Position numbers and translations under genes: made by a program. The notes beneath the pieces were generated by a model that was given only the letters and a program-made list of their open reading frames with translations, was not told the DNA's origin and did no database searches. DNA of 62,934 bases, the filler included, from a bacterium (GTDB lineage: Bacteria; JALSQH01): assembly GCA_027004335.1 (NCBI GenBank). It is 12 parts of 12 records of this genome, joined end to end, with 100 filler letters (N's around TTAATTAATTAA, not from the genome) between each part and the next. Parts side by side here need not be neighbours in the genome. Positions count along the whole stretch, not along the records: positions 17,234 to 33,156 come from JALTID010000004.1; 11 more parts are not named here. One strand, 5' to 3'. The first letter of the stretch is position 1. Every line of letters starts with the position of its first letter. Positions 19,510 to 29,844 of this stretch are shown here, in pieces.

Positions 19510-22170
19510 ATGGTTAAAAAAAGAAGTGGGAAAGAACTGAGAGAGTTATTTTTACACTATTTTGAGGAAAAAGGCCATACAAGAATTACAAGCTCTCCCC
19601 TTGTCCCCTACGACGATCCTTCTCTCCTTTTTACCAATGCTGGAATGGTCCAATTTAAAAGGGTTTTCTTAGGAGAAGAAAAAAGGAGTTATACCAGAGC
19701 AACCTCATGCCAGAAATGCCTGAGAGTTGGAGGAAAACATAACGATTTAGAAAATGTTGGGCACACCGCGAGACATCATACTTTTTTTGAAATGCTGGGG
19801 AATTTTTCCTTTGGAGATTACTTCAAAAGGGATGCAATTATTTTTGCATGGGAATTTCTAACTGAAATAATTGGACTGGAAAAAGATAAGCTATATATAA
19901 CCATTCATGAAAAAGATGATGAAGCTTTTGAAATATGGGAAAGAGAAATTGGGATCTCCCCTGAGCGAATATACAGAATGGGAGATAAAGACAATTTCTG
20001 GGCAATGGGAGAAACAGGACCATGTGGACCCTGTTCTGAAATAATTTATGATCAGGGGAAAGATTTCCCATGTCCTCCTGGTGAAAACTATGTTGGAGGT
20101 AATTGCGACAGGTACCTTGAATTGTGGAACCTCGTCTTTATGCAGTACAACAGAGACGAGAAGGGGAATCTCTCTCCTCTCCCACGGCCAAGTATTGATA
20201 CTGGAATGGGACTTGAAAGACTCGCTGCTGTGGTACAGGGAGTCAGAAATAATTTTGATACCGACCTGTTTTATAGGATCATTTCAAAAATTGAGGAGCT
20301 AACCGGTACAGCATATGAAGAAAATGATGAATCAGATATAGCTATCAGGGTAATAGCTGATCATTCAAGATCAGTCTCCTTTCTTATTGCAGATGGGATC
20401 CTGCCATCAAATGAGGGAAGAGGATATGTTCTCAGAAGAATCATTAGGAGAGCTCTAAGATATGCAAGAAAATTAGGTATGAAAAAACCATTCTTCTATC
20501 AGGTGTGTGAAGAGGTAGTTAGGGATTATGAAGATATCTATCCTGAATTGAAAAAAGCAGCGTCTCTGATCACTCAGGTTGTGAAAGGAGAGGAGGAGAG
20601 GTTTGGTGAAACCCTTGAAAAGGGACTGAAACTTTTTGAAGAAGAGATGGTGATCCTTAAAAATAGCAATTCAACTATTATCCCAGGTGACTTTGCCTTC
20701 AAATTATACGACACCTATGGATTCCCTCTGGACCTAACCCAACTAATTGCAAGAGAAAATGGTTTTGATGTGAATATTAAAGGCTTTAACTTAGAAATGA
20801 AAAAACAGAGAGAAAGGGCAAAAAAAGCGTGGAAAGGATCAAAGGAAGCGGATGAGAGAAATATCTACGCATCGGTTATGAACGAAACAGGGGCAACAGA
20901 ATTTGTTGGATATACCACACTCAAGGCAGAAGGGATCATAAAATATCTCATCCGGGATGGAAGAGCTGTGAAAGAGGTGAAAAAAGGAGAAGAATTTGAA
21001 ATGATTACCTCTGTTACTCCATTCTATGGAGAATCAGGTGGTCAGGTAGGCGATACCGGAATTCTTAAAAATGAAAGTGCCGATGGTGTGGTACTGGATA
21101 CCCAGAAGCCTATTCTGGGACTCATTGTCCACAAAGCGAAATTAAAACACGGCACTCTGAACAAAGGAGATACCATCCTTCTTGAGGTGAATGAGCAGAG
21201 AAGAAGAAATATTATGGCTAATCATACTGCAACTCATCTACTACACAGGGCATTAAAAAATATTCTTGGGGAACATGTTAATCAGTCAGGTTCTCTTGTG
21301 GGACCTGATTATCTCAGATTTGACTTCACCCATTTTTCTGCAATTAAACCTGAAGAATTGAGGGCTGTTGAAGAGGAAGTAAACGGGAAAATTTTTGAGG
21401 CAATCCCAGTAAAAGTTGATGTCATGCAATACCAAGAAGCGGTATCCTCTGGAGCTGTTGCCCTTTTTGAGGAAAAATATGGAGAAACTGTGCGGGTAAT
21501 TTCGGTGGGAGATTACAGCAGGGAACTGTGTGGCGGTACTCATGTTTCAAACACCTCCCATATAGGTATTTTTAAAATAATCAGCGAATCAGCAGTAGCA
21601 GCAGGCATAAGGAGAATTGAAGCAGTAACCAGAGGAGGAGCATATAGATATTTTGCCACCCTTCACGAAGATGTAAGGGAACTATCCCATATTCTTAATG
21701 TTTCGGAGAAGGAGCTTAAAAACAGAGCTAAAAAACTCCTTGAAAAAATAAATCAGCAGGAAAAGGAAATTGAGTTACTGCAGAGCAAGATTCTTTCACT
21801 TCAGCTTGAAGGACCATCCTCTTCACCATTAGAAGAAGAAATAAACAAGATAAAGTTTGCAGCAAGAAGGATTGATTCCTCATCTGATAAGGAGTTAAAA
21901 TCAGCCCTTGATAAAATGAGGGCAAAGATAGGAAGTGGTATTGTTACTGTGGGTGGGAATGTAAAGGGCAAGGGAGTTATTTTTATTGCTGTCGGTAAAG
22001 ATTTAATAAAAAAATTTAATGCGGGGGAGCTGGTGAGAGAAATTGTTCCTCTACTTGGGGGAAGAGGTGGAGGTAGCCCCACCTTTGCTCAGGGTGGGGG
22101 AAAAGATCCTGATAAAATCGAAGATGCTTTCCAGAAATTGAGAGAAATAATAAAAGAAAAGAGCTCTTAA
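19510..22170 (+). CDS. alaS: Alanine--tRNA ligase
   Basis: LLFTNAGMVQFK, HHTFFEMLGNFSFGDYFK, HTATHLLH, ELCGGTH. Confidence 0.99.
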   Translation: MVKKRSGKELRELFLHYFEEKGHTRITSSPLVPYDDPSLLFTNAGMVQFKRVFLGEEKRSYTRATSCQKCLRVGGKHNDLENVGHTARHHTFFEMLGNFSFGDYFKRDAIIFAWEFLTEIIGLEKDKLYITIHEKDDEAFEIWEREIGISPERIYRMGDKDNFWAMGETGPCGPCSEIIYDQGKDFPCPPGENYVGGNCDRYLELWNLVFMQYNRDEKGNLSPLPRPSIDTGMGLERLAAVVQGVRNNFDTDLFYRIISKIEELTGTAYEENDESDIAIRVIADHSRSVSFLIADGILPSNEGRGYVLRRIIRRALRYARKLGMKKPFFYQVCEEVVRDYEDIYPELKKAASLITQVVKGEEERFGETLEKGLKLFEEEMVILKNSNSTIIPGDFAFKLYDTYGFPLDLTQLIARENGFDVNIKGFNLEMKKQRERAKKAWKGSKEADERNIYASVMNETGATEFVGYTTLKAEGIIKYLIRDGRAVKEVKKGEEFEMITSVTPFYGESGGQVGDTGILKNESADGVVLDTQKPILGLIVHKAKLKHGTLNKGDTILLEVNEQRRRNIMANHTATHLLHRALKNILGEHVNQSGSLVGPDYLRFDFTHFSAIKPEELRAVEEEVNGKIFEAIPVKVDVMQYQEAVSSGAVALFEEKYGETVRVISVGDYSRELCGGTHVSNTSHIGIFKIISESAVAAGIRRIEAVTRGGAYRYFATLHEDVRELSHILNVSEKELKNRAKKLLEKINQQEKEIELLQSKILSLQLEGPSSSPLEEEINKIKFAARRIDSSSDKELKSALDKMRAKIGSGIVTVGGNVKGKGVIFIAVGKDLIKKFNAGELVREIVPLLGGRGGGSPTFAQGGGKDPDKIEDAFQKLREIIKEKSS

Positions 22171-22551
22171 TTACTCTTCCTTTAAAATCCTTGAAATAAC
22201 CTGTTTAAGTTCTCTGGTAGTAAATGGTTTTGTGAGATAATCAATAACTCCTGTGAGCTCTTTAAACTTTTCTCCTACCTTATCGCCCTTGGAAGAAATC
22301 AAGATTACGGGAATATCTGCTGTCTCAGGATCCGCCTTAAGCATCTTAGTAAAATGATATCCATTGATATTTGGCATAACAAAATCCGTGATGACCAGAT
22401 CAGGATGCTCTTCTTTTGCTATTTTAAAACCCTCAGCCCCTGATCTTGCAACAACAACTTCATACCCCTCAATTTCAAGAAAAGTTCGGAGTGTACTAAC
22501 TACAGCTGCACTATCATCAACAACCAGAATCTTCTTTTCAAATAACATCAT
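22171..22551 (-). CDS. Single-domain response regulator (REC)
   Basis: ILVVDDS, DLVITDFVMP, KPF. Confidence 0.93.
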   Translation of the reverse strand: MMLFEKKILVVDDSAAVVSTLRTFLEIEGYEVVVARSGAEGFKIAKEEHPDLVITDFVMPNINGYHFTKMLKADPETADIPVILISSKGDKVGEKFKELTGVIDYLTKPFTTRELKQVISRILKEE

Positions 22552-22562
22552 ACATAATTATA

Positions 22563-23648
22563 CTAAATTAACTGGCTGTCTTCCAGATATCTTACAATTT
22601 GAGGTTCAAGCCTCGTTCTGGGCATCGCTCCCACAATCTGATTCACAAGCTCACCATTCTTAAAGATTAAGAGAACTGGAATAGATCTAATGCGGTATTT
22701 ATTGGCTGTAATGGGATTATTGTCCGTATCCAGTTTACCGAAAGTAATTTTTCCCTGGTAATCTTTTGCCATCTCCTCCACAATAGGAGCTATCATCTTG
22801 CACGGCTGGCACCATTCAGCCCAGCAATCAACTATGAGGAGAGGATATTTTTTTATCGCACCTTCAAAATTATCATCGGTTAAAACCACGGGATGATCGG
22901 GGTTATCCACCAGTTTAGCTGCCTCCCTCATAGCTTCTTCCATCTCCCGAAGAGCCTTTTTAACATCCTCAGGATCAGCCCCATATTCAAGTATCTGTTT
23001 AACAAAACTGGTCTCAGGTTGAACTCCTATTGTTATTGAGTCCGGGTCATCATTTATTACCTGTTCCGGGACCGATCTTACCCTCCATCTGTTGGAGAGC
23101 TCCATGTTCTCCTCAGCTTCAACACAGATAGCCTTAACAAATCCATTTGTAGCTATAGCAATTCTATTATCCAAAAGAACCTGCTGTGGACAGTATGGGC
23201 AACTGGGAGTTACAAAACACGCTACTGTTACAGGCTTTTTTAGATATTTCAGGAGAATTTCAGATGTCTTGGATAGTCCAGGTTTCTCCTGAGAAACCTG
23301 AATTACAGTATCTATAAATGCGGAGGCTTCATACCCTGCTGGAGCACCCATATATTCAATAAGATACCCCTCATCCCATCCAATATGCACAGTGGGGGAC
23401 ATCTTCACATCTCTTTCCTTTGCCTCAGCATCAATTGTGCTGTATTCATTAACTTTTATTTTTCCATCGGCAAGCTCAGCAAGCTCATGAATAAACTGAA
23501 GAGTAAAATTTGTATACTCAAGAGCAGGTCCAACTGTTGCTAATCTGTTGGCAAAAATATCTATGGTTACAGGCTTTTTAAGCTCACCCTTAAATCTTTC
23601 CAGGATATAGTGTCTTGATTCTGCATCAATAATTCTCTCGCCATTCAT
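22563..23648 (-). CDS. Protein disulfide oxidoreductase (PDO/AhpF-NTD-like) fused to thioredoxin
   Basis: GAPAGYE and CPYCP in the PDO part, C-terminal WAEWCQPC thioredoxin; the first PDO CxxC is replaced by LEYT. Confidence 0.85.
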   Translation of the reverse strand: MNGERIIDAESRHYILERFKGELKKPVTIDIFANRLATVGPALEYTNFTLQFIHELAELADGKIKVNEYSTIDAEAKERDVKMSPTVHIGWDEGYLIEYMGAPAGYEASAFIDTVIQVSQEKPGLSKTSEILLKYLKKPVTVACFVTPSCPYCPQQVLLDNRIAIATNGFVKAICVEAEENMELSNRWRVRSVPEQVINDDPDSITIGVQPETSFVKQILEYGADPEDVKKALREMEEAMREAAKLVDNPDHPVVLTDDNFEGAIKKYPLLIVDCWAEWCQPCKMIAPIVEEMAKDYQGKITFGKLDTDNNPITANKYRIRSIPVLLIFKNGELVNQIVGAMPRTRLEPQIVRYLEDSQLI

Positions 23649-23734
23649 TTCTGATTTGCCTCCTTCAGGAATTTCTTTTGTGATTATTGATTTTATAATA
23701 TTTTATTATTTTTGTCAAGAATTCGCCTTTCACT

Positions 23735-26700
23735 TTATGAGGAGAGAAAATTCAACTCATCAATGACACTATTGATAAATTTAAAATCTTTTACATCCCC
23801 TTCCCATAAAAGGTAGGAAGAGGTAAATGTAAAATTTTTATTTTTTTTTCTCAAAGAAATTAGATGCTCTAATCTTATTTTTGTTTCTGGAGATGGAAAT
23901 ATTTTTATCCTCCTTCCCGTGATTCTAATCTCTTTTATGCCAATCCTGGACGCAGTGAGTTTTAATTTATAAATTTCAATAAGTAGTTGAGTTTCTTCTG
24001 GAAGTGGGCCATATATTTCAGCCATTTCTTTTCTTACAGAGTTGATTTCTTCCTTGTTTACCGCTGTTGATAAGTGATAATAATAACTTAGCCTTTCTTC
24101 TATATCTGATATGTAATAATGTGGTATAAATGCAGCCATTCCTGTTTTGATCTCTACTTCTTCTCGAATTCCTTCTTTATGTACTTTTAATTTTGTTATT
24201 GACCTCTGTAGCATTTTCATGTAAAGCTCATATCCCAATTTATTCATAAATCCATGCTGCTTTCTTCCTAAAAGTTCTCCTGCACCTCTTAGCTCCAGAT
24301 CCTTCAGGGCTATTTTGAAACCACTCCCAAGTTTTGAAAAACTTTTCAGTACTTCAAGTTTTTTCATGACCTTTGGGTTTTTTTTCTCTTCTGCGGGAAT
24401 AACTAAGTATGCATACCCCTTAACATCTGCTCTTCCTACCCTTCCCCTTAACTGGTAGAGTTCTGATAATCCAAACTTATGGGCGTTTAAGATAAATATG
24501 GTATTTGCTCCAGGGATGTCTACTCCTGATTCAATTATAGTTGTGGAAACAAAGACATCATATTCTCCATTGTAGAAGGCGAGGATTCTCCTTTCTAATT
24601 CTCTTGTTTCCATCCGTCCATGCGCAGATGTAACACGAGTGCCGGGAGGGGTTAGAGATTTAATAGCTTCATAAATTTCTTGCAGGCCTTCTATCCTGTT
24701 AAAAATTACAAAAACCTGTCCCCCCCTTTCTAATTCCCTTGCAATTCCTGTCCTTATTTCTTTGCTATTCCACTCTATTATCTTTGTTTCTACTTCCTTT
24801 CTCCCTTTGGGAGGGGTAGTTATTACACTAACTGCCCTCAATCCAGATAGAGCTGAGTGAAGTGTCCTTGGAATTGGGGTAGCAGTGAGAAGGAGGGTGT
24901 CAACGGTGCTTTTTATTTTTCTTAATTTTTCCTTCTGCCTTACACCAAATTTCTGCTCCTCATCTATTATTACTACTCCAAGATCCTTAAAATTTATCTC
25001 TCTGGAAAGCAGCCTGTGAGTTCCAATTACTATGTTAATTTCACCACTTGCTATTTTCCTGATGATTTCTTTCTGCTTTTTCAGGGGGATAAATCTGTTT
25101 AGAAGCTCAACTCTTATGGGTAACCCCTGCAATCTTTCCTTAAAAAGTGAGTAATGCTGAAGGGATAAGACTGTTGTTGGTGCCATAAATGCCACCTGTT
25201 TTCCATCTTCAACTGCTTTCACCGCTGCTCTGAGAGCCACTTCTGTTTTTCCGAAGCCTGCATCTCCGCAGATTAACCTCTCCATGGGCCTTGGAGACAT
25301 CATCTCTTTCACCGTTTCTTCAATGGCATTTTCTTGATCGGGAGTTTCTTCAAAGGGGAAACTCTCTTCAACGGCGCTATAGATTTCAGCAGGAGGGGAA
25401 AAGGCATGACCCTCAAGAACCTCTCTTTCTGCATAGATTTTCAACAGTTCTGCTGCAAGTTTTTCAACACTTTCATTTACCTTCTCCTTCAATTTTTTCC
25501 ATTGCGGAGTCCCTAATAAGCTCAGCTCTGGTTCTTCCTCACCAATGTACGGGGAGATCTTATCAAACTTGAAGACCGGGACATACACTTTCCCATTTGC
25601 AAATTGCAGGAGAATAAAATCACCCTTACCTGACAGAGTAGTAAGCCCACGATAGATCGCTATCCCATGATCTTCATGAACAACATATTCTCCAGGTCTT
25701 ATGTCTGCCAAAGTAAGTTCTAATTTTCTTTTCCCCCTTCTGATTTTCCACAGACGCTGTTTTTTTATTTCTTCCCAATTTTCCCTCCCGATGAAGATGA
25801 TCTTGTTTCTTTCATCCACATACCCTTTGTAGATATTGCAATGAGTGAGGTAAATTCCTGGAGTAGTAAAAGGGATTTCCTTGAAATTTACTTCATTAGT
25901 AGAGGTAAAAAACGCGTGAAGTTTTTCTTTTTCCCATGTGTTTGTGTAAAAAAAAATTATGCGATAACCTGTTCTTAGAAGTTTTTCTACGCTTTTGTTG
26001 AATAAAATAATGTTCTCCTCTTTAAGAGGTAATAGAGTTGAAAAGAGAGTGCAGAGGGAAAGAGAGGTCTCAGTCAAAGGGGAAAGGGTTTTTAGAAATT
26101 GCTCCACTTCTTCAGGCCTTGCGATGATTTCAGAAAGGTCTGGCAAAAACTGGTTATTTTTTAATGCTTCCCTGTATTTTTTTTCTACTTCTTTCTCAAG
26201 CTCTTTAAGTTCCCCTGAAAAATTAAGGATATTCTCAGATTGAAGGACAAAATATTTTTCATTTTCCAAATACGAAAAAAGTGGAACTGTGTCATGGAAG
26301 TAGGATATAGAAAATTCCATGTGGGGGATAGAAAAGGTATATGAAAAATTTTCAATGAATTCTCTTTCCTTCCAGTGAGGTATTTTTCTTAGTTTTTGGA
26401 TTTCTTCCAGCTTTTTTTTTAGCCGCTCTTCTGCATTTTCTTCTAAAAATGTTTCCTTAACAGGTATTACCTCAACTTCTTTTAGTTTATCAAGGGAGTG
26501 GTATGTTTCGACATCAATTTCCTTTATCTCTTCAATGGTGTCTCCCCAATAATCTATCCTGATTATTTTTTCTCCTTCTGGTGGGAAAAAATCAACAACA
26601 CTTCCTCTGTATGAAATTTCCCCATGATTTTCAACTCTATGGGCGGGTTCATAACCGTAATTAATTAATTTTTTTATAAGAAAATCCCTTCTCAGCAGCT

Positions 26701-27046
26701 CTCCTTTTTTAATTTTAATCCTGCTTTTGATAAGAGAGCCTGCGGATAGAACTCTGTATAGGAGTTCCTTATATGGGATTATTACCATTTTTCGTTTCTT
26801 CTCCTCTATGAGAGCAAGAAGTGTCTTTATTCTTCTCAGAGAAATTATGGGATGGGGTGAAGATTCATCAAAAAGAGCAATATCTTTTGGAGGAAAGTAA
26901 AGTATTATCAGATTATTTGAAGGTATCTGAATGAGCTGTGAATAAATTTCCTCTGCTTCCTCTCTATCTGCAACTAAAATAAGAAGGTTTCCTGCGAGAT
27001 CTTCAGCAGTATTGTAAAGAAAAAGTGGAGGAAGTGTAAGTTTCAC
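23735..27046 (-). CDS. mfd: Transcription-repair coupling factor
   Basis: CarD-like VVHEDHGI, CGDAGFGKTEVA, DEEQKFG, QLRGRVGR, DLELRGAGELLG. Confidence 0.96.
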   Translation of the reverse strand: MKLTLPPLFLYNTAEDLAGNLLILVADREEAEEIYSQLIQIPSNNLIILYFPPKDIALFDESSPHPIISLRRIKTLLALIEEKKRKMVIIPYKELLYRVLSAGSLIKSRIKIKKGELLRRDFLIKKLINYGYEPAHRVENHGEISYRGSVVDFFPPEGEKIIRIDYWGDTIEEIKEIDVETYHSLDKLKEVEVIPVKETFLEENAEERLKKKLEEIQKLRKIPHWKEREFIENFSYTFSIPHMEFSISYFHDTVPLFSYLENEKYFVLQSENILNFSGELKELEKEVEKKYREALKNNQFLPDLSEIIARPEEVEQFLKTLSPLTETSLSLCTLFSTLLPLKEENIILFNKSVEKLLRTGYRIIFFYTNTWEKEKLHAFFTSTNEVNFKEIPFTTPGIYLTHCNIYKGYVDERNKIIFIGRENWEEIKKQRLWKIRRGKRKLELTLADIRPGEYVVHEDHGIAIYRGLTTLSGKGDFILLQFANGKVYVPVFKFDKISPYIGEEEPELSLLGTPQWKKLKEKVNESVEKLAAELLKIYAEREVLEGHAFSPPAEIYSAVEESFPFEETPDQENAIEETVKEMMSPRPMERLICGDAGFGKTEVALRAAVKAVEDGKQVAFMAPTTVLSLQHYSLFKERLQGLPIRVELLNRFIPLKKQKEIIRKIASGEINIVIGTHRLLSREINFKDLGVVIIDEEQKFGVRQKEKLRKIKSTVDTLLLTATPIPRTLHSALSGLRAVSVITTPPKGRKEVETKIIEWNSKEIRTGIARELERGGQVFVIFNRIEGLQEIYEAIKSLTPPGTRVTSAHGRMETRELERRILAFYNGEYDVFVSTTIIESGVDIPGANTIFILNAHKFGLSELYQLRGRVGRADVKGYAYLVIPAEEKKNPKVMKKLEVLKSFSKLGSGFKIALKDLELRGAGELLGRKQHGFMNKLGYELYMKMLQRSITKLKVHKEGIREEVEIKTGMAAFIPHYYISDIEERLSYYYHLSTAVNKEEINSVRKEMAEIYGPLPEETQLLIEIYKLKLTASRIGIKEIRITGRRIKIFPSPETKIRLEHLISLRKKNKNFTFTSSYLLWEGDVKDFKFINSVIDELNFLSS

Positions 27047-27047
27047 C

Positions 27048-27950
27048 TTATGTGACCTGCGTCATCTTCTCCACAGCTTCAAAAGCTTTTACTCTGATCT
27101 CTTCGGGCAGAGTAATCTGATACCTTTCCTCTTTCAGGGAGAGATAGATATCTTCAAGAGTAATTTTTTTCATATTAACGCACTCCAGTAGAGGAGAAGC
27201 AATTATGAAATTTTTATCTGGATTTTCCTTTTTTAATTTATAAAGCACACCATTTTCTGTTCCAACTATTATTGTTCTGGCGTCAACTTCACGAGCATAA
27301 GGGTAAAGCCCTGAGGTACTGCATACATGGTCTGCCAGTTCCAGAACATCTGGATTACATTCTGGATGCGCCACAAATTTGGCATCAGGGTATTTTTTCT
27401 TGAGTTTCTCAACATCTTCCCTTTTTAGCCTCCGGTGAACGGGACAGTATCCATCCCACCATTTCAGTTCTTTCATAGAGTGTTTTTTCACCCATTGAGC
27501 AAGATTCCTATCGGGGGTGAAAAAGACTTTTTCTGAGGGAAGATTATTTACCACATTAACGGCATTGGCAGATGTGCAGCAAATATCACTCTCAGCTTTT
27601 ATCTCAGCTATGGAATTGACATAGGTAACTATTGCGTGGTTAGGGAGTTTATTCCTTATCATTTTAATATCTTCCACTGTGATCATCTCAGCAAGGGGAC
27701 AGGTGGCATCAATTCTGGGAATTAGAATTTTTTTATCAGGTGAAAGAATTGCAGCAGTTTCTGCCATAAAATAAACACCCGCAACAACTATAATTTCCTG
27801 AGGAAGGTCTTTTACAATTCTTGCCAGTTGTAGCGAGTCTCCTGTGTAGTCTGCTATCTCTTGAATTTCGCCTCTCTGGTAGTTATGGGCAACAAGTACT
27901 GCATTTTTTTCTTTTCTTAGTGCATTGATTTTTTTAACCAGTTCATTCAT
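27048..27950 (-). CDS. nadA: Quinolinate synthase
   Basis: AHNYQ, GDSLQL, FMAETA, CTSANA, CPVH, AHPEC. Confidence 0.97.
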   Translation of the reverse strand: MNELVKKINALRKEKNAVLVAHNYQRGEIQEIADYTGDSLQLARIVKDLPQEIIVVAGVYFMAETAAILSPDKKILIPRIDATCPLAEMITVEDIKMIRNKLPNHAIVTYVNSIAEIKAESDICCTSANAVNVVNNLPSEKVFFTPDRNLAQWVKKHSMKELKWWDGYCPVHRRLKREDVEKLKKKYPDAKFVAHPECNPDVLELADHVCSTSGLYPYAREVDARTIIVGTENGVLYKLKKENPDKNFIIASPLLECVNMKKITLEDIYLSLKEERYQITLPEEIRVKAFEAVEKMTQVT

Positions 27951-27953
27951 TTT

Positions 27954-28862
27954 TTACCTCATTATAAGATAGTGGAGGAAGATTCCTATGGCGAGAAGGA
28001 GCTGGGTGAAGAGCACTATGGGGATATTTCTTCCCTGAATTTTGGCAAATTGAGGGGTATCAATGGATTTTTCCCCCTCTTTTAAATTAGCTATGAAAAG
28101 AGGGATGGTAAGGAGAGAAATTAGCACAAGTGGAGGAAAAACCCCGGCAATTACACAGCCCAATATCCATGCATAGGCACTCCCCACGAGCAAAATGTAT
28201 ACACTGAAAGCCTTTTTCTCCCCGATCTGTATCGGTAGGGTTTCTCTTCCCCCTAACTTATCTGCTTCTTTGTCTGGGATTTCGTTTAGGAGAAGGAGTG
28301 CAGATACGAGAAATCCCGAAGGGATTGAATACAGAAGGGGAATAAGTTCATATTTCCCTGTAATTACAAGATATGTAGCATAGACGGGGAGGGTCCCAAG
28401 TCCTAAACCTGCTGAAATTTCAGAAACACCGTAGCCTATTCTGGTAAGGATGGGGGTATAGAGAAGAACAAAAATTGCACCTAAGATAAAAATAGGAAGA
28501 ATTTTCAACCCCACAATATCAAGAAAATACAGGCCGATAGGAATAGCCAGAAGAAAAGAGACAACCCCAAATATCAGGGCTTCAACTGGTTTCATAAGCC
28601 CTGATGTTAAAATCCCACTTCCTCCGTTGAAGGGAGTTCGTTCGGTGTTGAGATCAATACCAGTTTTATAGTCAAAATAGTCATTTAGAACATTAACACT
28701 TATGTGTAAGAGAATCAAACCTACGAGGGCAAGAAGCATGTTAAAGAGAGAAGTGTGTGAGTTAAGAAGTACTGATACGCTCCAGCCCAGTACTACAAGA
28801 ATTATTGAAAGAACTAAAAATTGAGGCCTTGTCTCTTGAAAGTATATTTTTACCCGCTTCAT
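27954..28862 (-). CDS. menA: UbiA-family prenyltransferase, MenA-like
   Basis: RPQFL, NDYFDYKTGID, GGSG, NEIPDKEAD. Confidence 0.8.
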   Translation of the reverse strand: MKRVKIYFQETRPQFLVLSIILVVLGWSVSVLLNSHTSLFNMLLALVGLILLHISVNVLNDYFDYKTGIDLNTERTPFNGGSGILTSGLMKPVEALIFGVVSFLLAIPIGLYFLDIVGLKILPIFILGAIFVLLYTPILTRIGYGVSEISAGLGLGTLPVYATYLVITGKYELIPLLYSIPSGFLVSALLLLNEIPDKEADKLGGRETLPIQIGEKKAFSVYILLVGSAYAWILGCVIAGVFPPLVLISLLTIPLFIANLKEGEKSIDTPQFAKIQGRNIPIVLFTQLLLAIGIFLHYLIMR

Positions 28863-28933
28863 TTTAGTTTCCTCCTTCTTAAATTTATGATAGGAAAAGC
28901 AGAGTTTTTTTCAAGAAGAGGGGGTTTTACTGC

Positions 28934-28961
28934 TTGACAGTATTTTTTTACTTCTTATAAT
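28934..28961 (+). promoter_or_regulatory. sigma70 promoter of the rplM-rpsI operon
   Basis: TTGACA-N16-TATAAT. Confidence 0.8.
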
Positions 28962-28989
28962 TAGAAAGCAAAAAGAAAAAGGTAGGTTT

Positions 28990-29424
28990 ATGCGTACTTA
29001 CAGTTTTAAGACTGGTGAAGTGGAGAAAAGGTGGTATCTCATTGATGCAAAAGGCAAGACACTGGGCAGGCTTGCCAGCCAGATTGCAAAGATTTTAAGA
29101 GGAAAGCACAAACCTGAATTTACCCCGCATGCAGATGTGGGAGATTTTGTAGTGGTGATAAATGCTGCAGAAGTGAGACTTACCGGTAAGAAATTAAATC
29201 AAAAGATGTACTACAAATACAGTGGATACCCGGGTGGTTTGAAGGAATTCACCGCTAAGCAGATGTTTGAAAGGCATCCAGAGTATGTTCTTTATCATGC
29301 TGTTAGAGGTATGATGCCCAAAAACAGGTTAGCAAGGAAGCAGATGAAAAAGTTAAGAATATATCCAGGACCTGAGTATCCACATCAAGCTCAAAAACCA
29401 GAGCCACTTGAGATAGATATTTGA
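28990..29424 (+). CDS. rplM: 50S ribosomal protein L13
   Basis: [28 protein letters not shown]. Confidence 0.99.
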   Translation: MRTYSFKTGEVEKRWYLIDAKGKTLGRLASQIAKILRGKHKPEFTPHADVGDFVVVINAAEVRLTGKKLNQKMYYKYSGYPGGLKEFTAKQMFERHPEYVLYHAVRGMMPKNRLARKQMKKLRIYPGPEYPHQAQKPEPLEIDI

Positions 29425-29438
29425 TAATTGGAGGTAAT

Positions 29439-29834
29439 ATGAGCGAAGATAGATGGCATGCTGTGGGAAAAAGAAAAACAGCTGTTGCAAGAGTGTGGTT
29501 AACGCCTGGTACGGGGAAAATTATTATAAATAAAAATATGCCTCCCGAAGAGTATTTTGACAGGATTACTTCACTTATAAAGATAAAGCAACCTCTTGCA
29601 ATTACTAACCTTCAGGATAAGTTTGATATTTATGTTAATATTAAAGGTGGTGGCAAGTCGGCTCAGGCTGAAGCAATAAGACATGGAATAGCAAGAGCTC
29701 TTGTGCTTTACGATGAAAACCTTAGACTTGCACTTAAGAAAGCGAGTTTTCTAACTAGAGATGCAAGAAAAGTAGAGAGAAAGAAATACGGAAAGCATAA
29801 AGCGAGAAGAAGCCATCAGTTTTCAAAGAGGTAA
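29439..29834 (+). CDS. rpsI: 30S ribosomal protein S9
   Basis: GGAGG RBS before ATG 29439; GKRKTAVARV, LTRDARKVERKKYG, QFSKR. Confidence 0.99.
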   Translation: MSEDRWHAVGKRKTAVARVWLTPGTGKIIINKNMPPEEYFDRITSLIKIKQPLAITNLQDKFDIYVNIKGGGKSAQAEAIRHGIARALVLYDENLRLALKKASFLTRDARKVERKKYGKHKARRSHQFSKR

Positions 29835-29844
29835 AATTAATTAG

